Positions 39,173 to 52,984 of a DNA stretch of 64,000 nt are shown one piece after another. The first letter of the stretch is position 1; every line of letters starts with the position of its first letter. A program made the translations under genes and the position numbers. Under the pieces are notes generated by a model. It did no database searches and was not told the origin of the DNA. It was given only the letters and a program-made list of their open reading frames with translations. Origin of the DNA: Aplysia californica (lineage: Eukaryota); the NCBI RefSeq assembly GCF_000002075.1, contig NW_004797348.1:113116-177115 (forward strand). The letters run 5' to 3'.

Positions 39173-42100
39173 AAACTTTCAGGTAAAAAATGAAACAATC
39201 TGACAAGACTGATATATATCAAAAACGCTCCCTCTCTCGAGAGGCAATGTGTCTCTCTTTACACAGCACCAGTCGTCGTATTTCAAGGACCCAGATGATG
39301 GGGAAACTTAGTTGTTTGATATAAGAAGAGACAAGAACAGTTTGAATCTGCAAGACATTATAAAAGATCGCGACATCAAGTCGTAAAGAAATTGTAAAGC
39401 AAGACTGCATTGTGTCGCCACAATACCTTCACTTCTTAAGTTGGACACAGAACTTTACTCTCATAGCAAGTAATGTCATTATTTGTCTGGTAATTCTGTA
39501 ATTAATATGATGATGTCAACCAGGGACAACAAACCAGACTAACTACGACACTATAACCATCGTTGCGATATGAAATGACTGGATAGCAAACAACATGAGT
39601 TCGATCGGTGAACATCTTGCTGTTTAAATAATTAAATAAGGTTCCTCGTTTTGGTTTGTTCATTTTCAGTTTTCCTTTCTTCCTTCTCATCCACCTACTC
39701 AACTCCAACTCTTTCCTTTTTTTTTCCTTTTCGTTCTTTTTGTTATCTTTAATTAGACAATCTCAGTTCTCGTTCCATAGACTTAGTCTGTACCATTCTG
39801 TACCTCCTCTTCTCCCCCCCCTCAAACAAAGTTGTACATGTACACACACACACAAACACAGGCACTCACACAACCAAGCAATCAGCGATGAAACCAACCT
39901 CCCGTCGCCTAGTGACGCAGCCCATCGCACACTATGCGACAAAGCGAGCCCGCCACGACGCGGACAAAAGCCCAAAGAGCAAGTGCATTGTCTCGGTATT
40001 TACAATCTCTGTTATAAGTGCAGTAAAACTCTCCTAAAACTAAACTAAAACACTAAATCGTAGAGGATAAAAATGATGTGGATGTTTATTTTAACAATTT
40101 GAGAACTTTTGCATAAATGGTACCAAAAGAAAACCCCTGTAGAGAGAAAGTCATTCAATATGAAAAATCAAAAGTTATTTTAAAAAAAACAAAACGTTTG
40201 ATCATGACCAAGATCTCACAAAACTGAAACACACAGTAGGAATTGACTCGGTAAGTTTTTATAAATTTATGCAATGCCAACACTATAGCTATAATCAAAG
40301 CTTGATTACCCATGACAAAAATCAACATCACTTTTTAGGTTGAGTATAAATTACTTGTTCATGTGATGTTCTGCCAGGAACTTCACAGAAGCTTACCTGT
40401 GACATATTATCGCCTCAGAACTATTTAGTCCAAAGTGTACTCAAGTAGAGTTTGAACAAATAGTTCTGAGTCCATGATATGTCCAAAATAAGAACCTGAG
40501 TGGTGTTGCATAAAAAAAATAAAATATATATACATAAAACTAAAACCTATTGGAAAAAGGAATGGGATCTGGACATGACTGTCAAACAGTACCAACCATG
40601 AGACAGATTGTGATCTTAGTCTAACATCAACATACAGAAATTAGGTTTACCGAAACAAATGTTCAAGCTTTGACCTCCATGAGTGAATAATCATAGAAAG
40701 ACAAATCCTGTTTACAGAAAGTGCAGCATTGGAAACAAAACAATCAAGATGAAGAACAGTTAAGTTTATGCTGTGAAATTCCAAGTGGAATCACTCTTGC
40801 AATCATCATATCAAAATATAATAATTGTGTTGTTGCCACAACATGTTGCCATAATTCTTATTCCATTAGTGACACAAGTGGGTCATTGTCCTTTCACTTT
40901 CCCCCTTGCTATTTCTGTTATATTATTAATATTATTATTATGCTTTACTTCTTTCCAATGGAAAGCACATTCTCAAAGCACACCTCAAATCAGCACAACC
41001 AAATAACATAACACAAAAGTATGCTGCGGGTAGTTGGTGGGTGTCCTGGTAGATCCTACTACTCTTTCCTTCTAATTCTAATATTTCCTGTCTGTGAGTC
41101 TTACTTTTTCCCTGCACCTAATGACCATGATTGTGTCGATGCGCTTTTCTTTGTGCATGCAAACAAAAGTATGCCCTTTGTATTTGAGTATGTGACCGCA
41201 GTTTGTTCAATTGTTCCCAAAACGGGCTACAGAAGACTGCCATGGAAAAAGGGAACTCTGAATCAATTTCTCTGGTAAGTCTGGATGCAAGGCTATCACA
41301 TACATCGCGAACCATGTAGGCCTATAGTGAATGGATTTTTATATCCCTAATTTTTTCTTGTACATGTATATTCTATGTATTCAAAACAATGTACAATACA
41401 AAATTCGTACACAATGAAAAGATTTCCATGCGATTATGTGCGCGCTAGGCTGTATAGTAAAGCTGGATAAAGCTTATAAACTGCCATGCTGTTTTGTAAG
41501 CTAGGAAAAGAGAAGCAGAAACAATTCACGTGCTGAAAAAAACATGGGAGTTCTATATTGATTACAAACCAGACTTTTGTTGGTATCGTGTGAGAGTTAT
41601 TTTGGACATTTGTCTCTATGGAACTGTCTGTTTCATAGAGATCAGAACATCACGCTATCTCTACAACATTTAACTTGAGTCCCACTCTTATAGCTCCCTG
41701 GTATGTTCATGAATTATTGAGGAAACACTGTAAAATTATAATTAATAGTAAGCACAACCCCTACCCCCCATCCTAAATCAGGAATTGAAAATTTTGAAAC
41801 AACAAAAACAGGAAAAGGGCTTACTGGACTTGGTCTGTACAAATCAATGACCACAAAATGCTTACTGCATTCCACAAGGTAACAGATGAAACAATGAAAA
41901 CTATACAGAATAAGGAGTTGCATTTCTTTCTTCTATAGCGGTGGTGTAATGTAAGTATTAAGTTATTACTATATTGGCACTTCACATGTAAATGTCATTG
42001 CGTCTGTGGAAATGAGCAAGAGAGTATAAAAGAACATTATGATCAATGTATTTTTAAAAATTGCGTTCATTTTACGAGGTGATTCTTTATTTTTGCATTG

Positions 42101-42572
42101 ACCATACCTGTGATCATGCAGTAGAAAAAGCCTCGAGCTTTAGTTTCAAAGGAAGCAGCTGGAGATTCCAAATCAAATAGTTATTACAATTATTAATAAA
42201 AGCCTATAAGCCTCACTTTAAAAAGGAGTTGCAGAAATCTACCTTCCAAGTACCACCCAGACCCTCTGCATTCTTAATAATGAAGGCACATGAACATCTA
42301 GTTATGAAAAGCTGAGGGCAGAATTAGTTTAGAAATCTGAAGTTGACATTCTGATGAACATGGGCAGGAAAGAAATTAAAAAAAAAAAGTGTAAAGGAGA
42401 CAGGACAAAGGAGAAACAAATATTCCATTCTGTGTGAGGCATGGTCACATCTATCACATTTTTCTCTTGATCAGAGAGAGCAAATTTTTTAACAGGACGA
42501 CAAAAGTAATATCACTAAGTGAAAAAGTAGGTGAAGGGAGACTGGGGAGCAGAACTACAGCTTCACTGTACA

Positions 42573-42787
42573 CTAGCTTGGAATAATTTCCCGCAGCTGT
42601 ATTGCTTGAGGGTGTAACGAGACATCTGAAGACGGGAGGGAGCTGGAGGTTCTGTTCTCAATCTGTCCATTTCTTTGGTGCCCATATTCAAACTTAATCC
42701 TGAGTTCTCCAATGTGACAACGAGGTAAAATGTCTGGTATCCATTCGATAATGAACGGCACTGGCTCCTTCTGGTCTGCTGTTGGTC
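42573..42787 (-). CDS. C2orf42: C2orf42-like terminal exon 8
   Basis: tattttcag|GA. Encodes [33 protein letters not shown], then a TAG stop at 42573-42575. Confidence 0.95.
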
Positions 42788-43906
42788 CTGAAAATAATAT
42801 GTGAAAAGACATTGTAATTTGGAAAATATCCTTCTCACGGTACTGATATGGTATAGTAGTATACAGTGGAGTCCACTTATATGAATCTAGAAATAACTAG
42901 AAGTCTGTTATAAAGACACTATTCTAAAACACCATTTTTTTCCTTCTTTATCTTTGTAAATTAAATACTGCTATAGCGCAATCGGAGAAACACGCGAGTC
43001 GGTTATAGCGGAATATTGCTGCTGCTGTGCACAGCGCACAGGCCAATTATATATAAAACCTCGCCACTTGAATAACTTGGTGATCTAGCAAAACAAAGAA
43101 TAGCGAGCTCATGTGTGCCAACAATGAAGGCCGGAGGGAACGAGTGGGGGGGGGGGGGGTCATTTGCAGACAAACAGAACGCATCGCGTGATAGGCCAGC
43201 CTAGTCTAGATTATCTAGGCCTACAATGCTTCTCACTTCTCCGATGCGGGGATGGAGAGGTCACAGAGCTGTGATGGATGGAGCGAGTGTGAGACGTGTG
43301 CAAGCAGATGGAACGCACCACAGAATTTCTACTGACAGTGTCATGAACATGAAAGACAAAATTATTGCTCAAACTAAAAGTAAAACAATAACTTGAAAGG
43401 CTTAAGTAGACTATTCGGTGTGAGAGGTGTAAGAACTGTGGGAGGGCAAGAGGCAGTAACACTGAAAATCTGCCAGTCCAGAACAGAAAGCTACAATATT
43501 GTTCTAATTTACTATCACCCAACCAATGAAACGCTAACACTTTATTTCAATGACACTGCAAATGTTTAAAGACTCCGAAATGGACATTTATGGTTAACAC
43601 GTTAAAATTTCGCTGAGACCAGAATGATAGGACAATCAGATTGAATATTCACTCCATTTTCACCAAGGTCAATACAGTCCATTTTATTCACAAAGCGAGG
43701 GGAAACTATTTGGACTTGATTATAAGTCCTGCCACTTTAAATGAGAACTCCTTAATTCAGAACATATTTTTTTGTCTCATTCTCAAACACCGTGATGATG
43801 AGCACATTCTATGGTACCATATATAGTAGTAGCGTCTTTTAAAGTGTAAAATGCCTTCACTTAGACAGTTGAAATCATATGAGGTAGCTAGCAAACAGAT
43901 ACTTAC

Positions 43907-44060
43907 CAACTTTAAGGTATGTCTTCAGTTCAAAGGGCCGGATTGGCAAATGATTCTTTATCTTTGAAGCATCTCCATACACATCAGGACGAGGGGCTTC
44001 ATAAGGATCATAAGTACCATCACGATTCTCAACAAAACTTCGAGATAAATCCAATGTTAT
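43907..44060 (-). CDS. C2orf42: C2orf42-like exon 7
   Basis: ctcacacag|ATA...GTTG|gtaagt. Encodes SRSFVENRDGTY...IRPFELKTYLKVG. Confidence 0.94.
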
Positions 44061-44484
44061 CTGTGTGAGACAACAGAAAAGAAAAAGAAAAAATGAAAGA
44101 ACAAGCAAGGTATCATCAACTGATGACCATGGGTCCAGTATTTAAAAAAAAAAGAAATGGCTTCAGTATTTTAAAAACATGAAATGGGAAAAATAAATTA
44201 TTCCAATAGCGACCTGCATTTAAAAAGTAATCTCTAAACTAAAGAAAGGATATGACACCAAACTAAAGAAAACCATTTCTAGAACAATTAACAACTGACA
44301 ACAGATGCCAGTTTTTAGAATCATTATTTCAAAGTCAGAAGTGAAAGAGCTAACAAGTCTAGATCTAGTCGTAGCAATATATATTTCCTCCACCAATGAA
44401 AAGCTTGCAGGATTTGACCAGCTATAACAAACAACTATACTATGCATAAATGTAATTAGAAAAACCAACTGTTGTGTCCCTTAC

Positions 44485-44693
44485 ATCCTGTGAGTCAAAG
44501 ATCTGTTTGACTTGCATAATGTTGGTGATGTGCCATGTGTACTTGGTGAAGTTTCCCAGCGGAAGAGCCTCCTTTCGAACAAAGCTGGTAATGTAGTTAG
44601 GAAGCCTCTTTTTCCTTGTGCCTGTAGATATCCTCTGCTGGAGACAGTCAAAGAAGACTTGTGGAGCATGAAACACTAGAGGGTCTGGCGTAC
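44485..44693 (-). CDS. C2orf42: C2orf42-like exon 6
   Basis: ttgcaacag|GT...GAT|gtaagg. Encodes [19 protein letters not shown]...KKRLPN...[17 protein letters not shown]. Confidence 0.95.
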
Positions 44694-45103
44694 CTGTTGC
44701 AAAAACAAAGAGCAGAGAAATACAATGTTAAGAGACACAGTTAGATCAGCTGGGATGGAAAAAAGTACACAAAACAGACAAGACAAAGCGTTTGTGAAAA
44801 CTGAAACATGGCTAAAATAAGAATTCAAAGCATCCACATAAAACGACTTCTTTTACAATTTTCTGCTTTATGACTACTGAATGCAGCTTAAAAACTCTGC
44901 AATATATAATAGAACAGCGCTATTACAGTCTTTATTTAATGGCACAGCTAAAATAATTTAAACAGACAACTACAAAAAAGCATGAACCACATTCAGATGG
45001 TTGAGATTTTCATGGACACAAAATAACTATACATAAACCTACCATGAAATATATTTCTATATGTGACTTCAATAAAGGGAAGGCTTGCTTTACAATAAAA
45101 TAA

Positions 45104-45538
45104 TATGTGAGGCAGCGTGGTGAAATCGGGCGCTCGTTAAAATAACGAAATAGGAGAAACATGCATTTTCCCTTCAGTATGGTAATTTTTTATTGAATTT
45201 TTGTTTTTTGGCTTATCACTACTGTCGTCCAATTAAGAACACATTTCTGGGTGGATTTTATTGAAAAACATTGACAAAAGGCCCCCAAAAATGTAAGTTT
45301 TCAGTTTCCACAGACTATCAAGATATGGAAATAACCCAACTTGGGCGGCCATTTTCTAGCTAATTCTAATTTTGAAACCAGGCGACCCCGCCTTCTTCAA
45401 TCTCAAATACCTTGACTTCTATTCAAGATGGATGGACACTTTTTTCACTGATAGCAAGACAACTGAACAAGCTATAAGAAGATACCAATAACTCCATACG
45501 CCCAAAAACGGACGAGTGCCTGATTTCACAGCATTGTA
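45104..45538. mobile_element. non-autonomous DNA transposon family B, copy 2
   Basis: TATGTGAGGCAGCGTGGTGAAATCGGGCGCTCGTT...GGCCATTTT...GAAGATACCAATAAC...GACGAGTGCCTGATTTCAC aligns by eye with copy 1. Confidence 0.7.
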
Positions 45539-45926
45539 TGAACCTTTCTTCCCCTTTGCAGCTTTCAACTCAGTTGAAAATAGGTAATGTCTCCAGCATC
45601 AGCATGAAGACTACTTGTAGGAGAGCTGAATGAGATTGGCAAAAGAGAGTGAGACTAGAATAAAGAATAGACACAAATTAATATGGAATTAAGACATTTT
45701 ATTATTCAAGACTCAAGGGCAGTTGATTACCTACCTCGACAAGTTCTTCAGTTTGTAAACCTGAATTCCAGCTGATAATTTTACATCAAAACAAAACCTG
45801 AGCTAGAAATCTATGAAACACAAATGAAGGCAACAAAGCTTGACAGAATGTAATCCACCAGCTCTCTCCTGTTATAGAGATGAAAACCCCACTTCTTTGA
45901 GATCATTATAAAAAATAATTGTTTAC

Positions 45927-46031
45927 CAGAGAAGCCGTAATGCATAGTTTGGTTGATCCTCTCTGTGACACTGGCCAGCCACTGCTGGAAGCTGATGGAA
46001 GCTGTGTTCTCATCCACAGTGCTCTGGTAGG
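45927..46031 (-). CDS. C2orf42: C2orf42-like exon 5
   Basis: ccctctaccag|CC...TCTG|gtaaac. SFQQWLASVTERINQTMHY is a C2orf42 hallmark. Confidence 0.93.
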
Positions 46032-46116
46032 CTGGTAGAGGGAAAGATGAGATAAGACAAACATGATTGATCGTCTACAGAAAGAAAACGACAGAGCGTT
46101 TTTCCAGGCTTCTTAA

Positions 46117-48723
46117 CAACATATACGGGATATATATATTAGGTACCCCAAACCCCCGCCTCTGCGCAGTTGAAAGCGTGCAGAAAGCTCGAAATTTGAA
46201 CATTTTCAATCAACCATAACTCATCTCCTTTGACACTAATCTTCACCCCGTTTCGAATTAAGTCAGTTCAACTATTGTTTTAGCTAAAATCAAACTATTG
46301 TGGACAGCATGCAACGAGATATTGTATGGTAAACTATCTAAAAAGGTCACCAAAATGCTCTGGAATGCGTTTTCCGTGGCCATTTTAATGCCGACCGCTG
46401 CAACAAAAATCAAGGGTGCTTCATAAAATGCCTTCGCGCTAAGCGGCTATGACTGCTATCGTCATGAAACAAAAAGTGCAAGAACGAGCTTGGAATAAGC
46501 TTTCACACAGTACCTAGCGCTTGCAGCTAAAGTTAGTTGTTGACCCAGAAATGTCGGGAGTTTTGTAACCCTATTTTTAGAATGGAAAACTCCGAGTCTG
46601 ACCAATGATTGATCGAAAGAACCCTGGACTACACAAAAGTAGAACATGTCAAGGGAATTGTGTGGAAAAATGACTACGATTGGTCCAACAGCCGTTTAGC
46701 GCTGTTTGTTTTTGTAAACACACATGCTTGTCCTCTCTCTGGCGACACGCTGGATTCAGCAATGGCGAAGAATTATTTACAAGCACCTATTTTCAATTAT
46801 GCTCTATTCACGTACATAAGGGCATTTCAACGGCTGCATTGTGCTTTCAATCATGGATAATATGGATATTCTGGAGATGTGTGATAGGTTGATTTTGTTA
46901 ATTAGATTTGTTATAGTGTTACATAGTTCTTCATAAAGTCATCAACCTTTGCCTGGCCTAGATTTACGGCTTGAAGCCGAGATCGCAAACATGGTAATGG
47001 GTGGTCTCATTCAGAGCATCCTGTAATTAAATCAGTAGCCAGTATTGTTGTAAATCTGGTTTGGATAGAAAGATAAGAAGATTAAATTTCTTGAAAATAT
47101 GGTGAAATCTAAATCAATTAGTTTTTAGTAATTCAAAATTAGTATTATTTTCTGATCACGTGACCATTACTTTCTATCAATGATTCCGTAATGGTGACCT
47201 CTTTTTAAAGATCATAACAAGCTTGATGAACCCGTATGTGAAGGGGGTGCAGCCGGCATTTGTTCATTTGCGAATGAATATATCTCTTGCATATCGCGAA
47301 TATCTGACAAAATCTTTGATGACTAATCCATTTAATTGTTTTCTTTTCCCGATATATATTTAGACTCATGAAACAAGTACCGGCACCAATTGAATTATTT
47401 TTATATATAACTTTTAGAGGCTGGTTTACTGCTGAAAATGGACTCTCCTACTCGAGGGCTTCATTCATCATAATTTGTGATTATCAAATAAGTCGGTGCC
47501 TTTAGAATTGCTAGATCTATTCCTGAATAGATCCAATTTTTTTAGACCAATGAGCCATGGGGAATTTGAACTTTGTTGCAGATCCAACTTGTGTCTCCTC
47601 CACCCTCTCCGCAATTATCTAGGCCCTTGATTTGAAAATGGGCTCTGCCTGGGCGGGAGCTTCTGCCCAATTTTTTTATTTTTGAAAAAAAAAATCGTTT
47701 TGAGACTTTAAAAAATGGGCTATGCCTGTGCTGGTGCTTCTTCCTAATAAAAAAAAAAAAAAAAAAGTAATTAGATTTGAAGAGTTTTTGTGTATCGTTG
47801 AATATTTACTTTATAAATACCTCATTTTATCATAGAAATGAATGCAGAAATGGATTCCTGGCCCAAAAACACATAAAAGTAAAGCTTTAGGGAGTCTTTC
47901 TTGTTGTTCTATAGAAGTTATAGATGATTTTGTTGAAATTATGCGGAATATTTTCTTATTTTTCCTCTTATCTAACCTCATATCAATGTAATGCTTCATG
48001 TTACCACAGAAATGATAACAGAAATGAATTCCTGGTCCAAAAGTACATTGGCATGGAAAGTATCATACATTTACCATGATTTTAGGTAATTTAATTCAGA
48101 AAAGTTTTCAGGCCATGTGTACCGTGTTGTGATTTTCTGTTTATAACGCAAAATTGGCAGATGTCCCATTTTTGAGGTTGCATAACTGATTAAATTAAAG
48201 TGCCAGAACTCTGAAAAAATTGGGCTATGAATTTGCATTACTATGAATATGTTCTGTAAGTGCCATTTCTTTTCAGCAATAACTTTCCATTTTATTGATG
48301 TCTGAAATCAGTCTTTTTAGCATTTTTGAATTAACATTATGCATCAAGGAGTAATTTTTTCCAATTTTAAGTTTCAGTATTGGCTTATTTAAACTCTGAT
48401 TGTCCTAATCTTAGTATTTTGCATAGTTTATGCTGGCACCTGTTGAAACAAATGATAATACACACTTTATGTACCTCAATAAATTTTCTGTGAACTCACA
48501 AAATCATACTTTTTTACCTGAATTTAAAGTTGCCAAAAATGTACGATGTCCACGAATTTCAAATGCCTGTTATTAATTTAATTTATTGTCCAATTTCTAT
48601 AATTCAAACAACAAAGTTCATGGTTTGAATAGTTTTTTATGATGCAAAAAACGTATGTTGGATCAAAGCACTTTGAAATTTTGGTTTGTGGTACCTGAAA
48701 GGTGATATATCTGTCTATAACTC
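46117..48723. mobile_element. possible ~2.6-kb non-autonomous DNA transposon in a C2orf42 intron
   Basis: Inverted AGGTACCCCAAACC (46141-46154) / GGTTTGTGGTACCT (48683-48696) with GATATAT-containing outer extensions. Internal short direct repeats; no recognisable transposase. Confidence 0.4.
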
Positions 48724-50405
48724 TTGATCTCTGGAGGGGGTTTCCCACTTAACCAGAGCCCCCTTTTGGCATCTGAAAGTGACATTATGTCAATAAACCG
48801 GTCATTAAACAAAAGAAATTACCTTATTTTGATAGTTCTTCATCTAATGGAAGATCTCATAGTAAGAGAGCCATGTTTTTGGCATTTTCTGAAAATTAAC
48901 ATTTGACCATTATCAAATGGTTCACTCAATCAGTCATTTTAAAGTCAAAATCTACACTCATGGAGATTACTTCATTGTCTTTGTCAACAGATTGACCATC
49001 ACAACGTCGTTTGGCTGAACTGAAGTTGTATGCTCCACTATCATACATGATGCAGGAGTAAAAAGTTTAAAAAAAAAATTTTTAAAAAGGAAAAAAACTT
49101 TTATTCGGAATTCATCCCTGTGGAGAAGTTGGGGTTAGAAGTACATTATTCTGAACACTTTCCGGACGCATCGCCGTGTGATAGGGTGCATCAGTATTGT
49201 TTCGTTTTAACATGATCCGTCATTTATAATTACTTTTTATTGTTTTTGAAAACTTGGAAAGGATTTAGGAAATGAAAACAACTAGTTTCACTTTGTCAAA
49301 GCCTCGGTTAGGCGAAAAACAGTGAATTAGTTCTTGTCGTCTTGCATCAACAAAACGATGTAACCAGACTCAGTGTAAATATCATAACTCAAAACAAAAT
49401 TGGAATATTGCTTTCAAATAAAAAGCTGCACATTCAGAAATTTACGAATTATGCTCTTGGCCTGTATATGATACATGTTTGGTGAATGTAATTTTTTACG
49501 TCAAAATTTTTTTTTCTTATCGCCATCTTCATTTCGAACCCTTGTAATGCATACTTAAGTTCAAAATTAATCCTTGTTTCATGTTGGAATGTATTCCTCA
49601 TTCAATTTCCTTCAATTTGATATATCATATGTTACGTTTTGAGTGATGGTTTTGCTTATGTAAAGTCATTTTGTACGCCACCTGTGTAGCCAACTCAAGC
49701 CACAAGTTATTAATTATGTCTAGACCCAAAAAAAACTACGTCCAGAAAGAGTTAAAGAAGACTAGGATTACAATCAAGAAGTAACTCCTATAAATGGGCA
49801 ACATATCATTTACATGGGAAAAAGATAAACATCAAAGTCCATTGCACCAAGTAACCATTAAAAGCTTATCCTATTGTCAAGTTGGCCCTATTTTGTGCAT
49901 TGCAAGTGCAGATTGCTCACATTTAATCCCCCCCTTTTACTGAAGCCAAAACATTTTATTTCACACCAAAACACTGACACAAATCTAAAAGAGCTGGCAT
50001 CTCTTCAACTCATATTGTTCCACAAACTTAGAGCAAAGGGAATCCCAGTATGCCGGCAGTCAGGGACGAATTGTGAGCTTGAAAAATCCCGGAGCGCTGT
50101 GCACAATTTGTTACAGAAAAATCTTCAGCCTTTCTGTCAGGAGCAAAATGATGCCCCCTTAAACATGAACTGAAACAAATATACCAATTTCTGTTTTCCT
50201 ATCTTTTGTTCCTAAAAAAAAATACAAAATCAAGAACAACACCCCCCCCTAAAAAAATATTTTAAAAAACCCCAACCAAAATCAAACAAACAAAAAATAA
50301 CAACAACAACAAAAAAAAAAAAGGAATTTAGGGAAAAAATTCATGGAATGCTCATCTCAGAGTGAATTATTCAGGGCTACACCCGACCCCACAACACACA
50401 CTCAC

Positions 50406-50615
50406 AAAGCTTTTTCGGTGTGGATTTCTGTGTTTGCTGTTGTGCCGGTTGCTGTTGCGTCAACTGTTGCTGAGGCTGTTGCTGCTGCTGGATTTGGAAC
50501 TGAGTTGTGTGTGAGGATTGCTTCACCGAGGTGCTCTGTAGTGTTGACAACACAGCCGTAGCTTGAGATGGCTGCTTCTGTTCCTGTAGAGTGAGGAGGG
50601 CACTACTGGCCTGGG
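50406..50615 (-). CDS. C2orf42: C2orf42-like exon 4 (Gln-rich linker)
   Basis: ataatttcag|CC...CTTT|gtgagt. Encodes AQASSALLTLQEQKQ...QQQQQPQQQLTQQQPAQQQTQKSTPKKL. Phase 1-1, open frame; not in the ORF track. Confidence 0.85.
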
Positions 50616-51312
50616 CTGAAATTATAAAAGAGTGTTATGTTGACTATATTTTCAGTTGTTCTTTTTTTTAAGACAATTAACAAGGGACAATTCTTAAAGT
50701 GAAAAACACTGACAACGGAATTAACACACAAGTATAACAAACTTTATAAAAAATTACAACCAAATCTCTTTACACAGATACCACCTGGAGCATTTTCTAA
50801 ATTCTAGGCATACTGGATCAGTAGACTCTACCGCATAACATATATATATATTTTCCCCTCTTCTAAACATGTTTATTTTTCCCCTGATCTTGCTAATATT
50901 GATCTAAAATCTAAATCTACATCTCATCTTTCTTACATCCATCTTAGCAGCTCTAAATTGAGAGTCAACTTTCTGAGATGATTGGTTTAAAAAAAATCTT
51001 GTTAGAATTTATCTGGTAATCTTTGTCATGTCATGTCAGTGCCATTATGCCTAAAATATCATACCACACTCTGTGAGTCATGAAATAGTCTTCACAGCTC
51101 TCAAATGCACTGAGTGCTCTGTTTTATCACCACTGTGAGGGTTTAATGGGTGAAAATAATTTCACGTTTCTATGGAGCGGAGGTGTTATTCTGATACCAT
51201 CTTTTGTGTTCTATTTCTACAATTTTGTGGCGTCTAAAAAATGCAAAGAGAGTGACGGAAACCATCATGCTTTTTACTAGTGAAGGGCGTAAAGTGTGAC
51301 AAATACACTTTA

Positions 51313-51485
51313 CAGGGATGCCAAATGATTTTTGAAAAAAAACATGAAAATGAGCGGAGCATCACACCTCACTGTAAACGAACCTTGTAAAATCTTTAAA
51401 TGAGCAAACAAAAACATTTCTTTTGCAAGTGTATGAAAAAAAACCAACGTAAAAAGCCAGAAAAACCGGAGAATTGGCATCCCTG
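51313..51485. mobile_element. hAT-like MITE with 6-bp TSD
   Basis: Perfect TIR CAGGGATGCCAA/TTGGCATCCCTG; flanks ACTTTA (51307-51312 and 51486-51491). Confidence 0.75.
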
Positions 51486-51527
51486 ACTTTAATGCATTTT
51501 TGGGGTAATCTTTTCGAGGCCAGAAAC

Positions 51528-52562
51528 TAGACCTGCATGTGAGCCTCAACCAGATTGTCTGAAAATTTTGCGCAACCCCCCCCTCCCCAAAAGAGCTTTT
51601 GTAGGTGTCATAAGGAAGGACTTCTGAGTAACGAGCGACCACCCCAACAAACACAACAAAGAAGAGACCTAACTCTACCCCTACCCCTAGGCCTATCCCA
51701 ACAAAGAACCTGCAACGAGCCTCATGTGAAAAGGCCAGCAAAATCCAAAATGAAATACATTTTTAAAATTAAAAAACCACACTCCAAAACAAACAAAGCT
51801 TACAATGAGCATAATGGCCTACATCTACATATTGCTAGATCTATAATAATAGGGTTTGATGCAATAACACAATAGGTTCTAGAATTGGAATATGAATCCT
51901 CCATATAGATCTAGTAAACTAAATAAATCTAGATCTAGATCTTGTAGAACAAGTGAATAGGATCTAGTAATAGGCCTTGAACTAGAAATCCGCATCCGAT
52001 TCCGAACAGAGGGGCTCAGCTGAGTCTAGACTAGGTCTAGATATCTAGATTCTAAATAAATAAATAATTCACGCACCTGATGAACTGTTTTTTTACCAAC
52101 ATTAATATTACAGCACAACCTATGATAGGGTTTGACAAAATAGAATTGGAATATGAATCCTCCATTGAGGTCTATAATGATCTATATAAATCTAGACCTA
52201 GATTCTATTATCTAAGTGAGTCCGACTGGAATGAATCCAAACAATCTGAACAATTGAATTTGTCAACAAAACGAAATTCAAATTGGCTGCTCGAGCACGA
52301 AACTGAAAGTAGATAATTTAGGTCGTCGTTCTTTTTTCGTATTCGCATTTCTACTCAGGTTCCGACAATTATGTCAGAAACGCCGACGTCGGCATGAAAA
52401 CGAAAGTGCCGAAAAGCCGACGGGAGAAAAGGGGGACGCTGGCAGTCGGCCAGGCCTTGTACTTCGCACATTGACTGATACAGGTGGGCCTAGCGATAGC
52501 ATCGGCCGCCTCGCGGGTCGATTGTCGGATTTCAGACGATTGTCGGCAAACATGCAGGTCTA
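51528..52562. mobile_element. hAT-like non-autonomous element (~1 kb) with 6-bp TSD
   Basis: Perfect 13-bp TIR TAGACCTGCATGT/ACATGCAGGTCTA; flanks AGAAAC (51522-51527 and 52563-52568); subterminal CCGAC/GTCGG repeats. Confidence 0.78.
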
Positions 52563-52676
52563 AGAAACTTCCTATACACGAATCATGAGTTTGTTCCTCA
52601 TCGTGCCATCACAATTGATACTCATTTTTGCCTTAAGGCAACAGAGGGCACATGATGTCAAAGCACACAGACTGAC

Positions 52677-52838
52677 CAACAGGATCCTCCTTCTTCACTT
52701 TTTTATCCGGCGTGACAACTAGCATGTCCTCCTCTGAGATGATGAACTCCATGGTGTCAGCGTCAGCCGGCACAGCTAGACTTTCCTCTATAGGCTGATA
52801 CATGGTCAGTACCTGGCGGTCAGAGCCCATCAAGGTCA
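52677..52838 (-). CDS. C2orf42: C2orf42-like exon 3
   Basis: cccctcacag|TG...GTTG|gtcagt. Phase 1-1; ends TPDKKVKKEDPV (basic, NLS-like). Confidence 0.85.
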
Positions 52839-52984
52839 CTGTGAGGGGAGAACAGTGGGACAAGTTTGTTAATCGCCAATGTCTGTACCATTTGGGATTT
52901 TAAACAAACCCGTACCTAATAATCATTGGGATAAATTGAATATAGGTATTACAGTACCCCCCCCCCCCCCCACACACACAAAAA

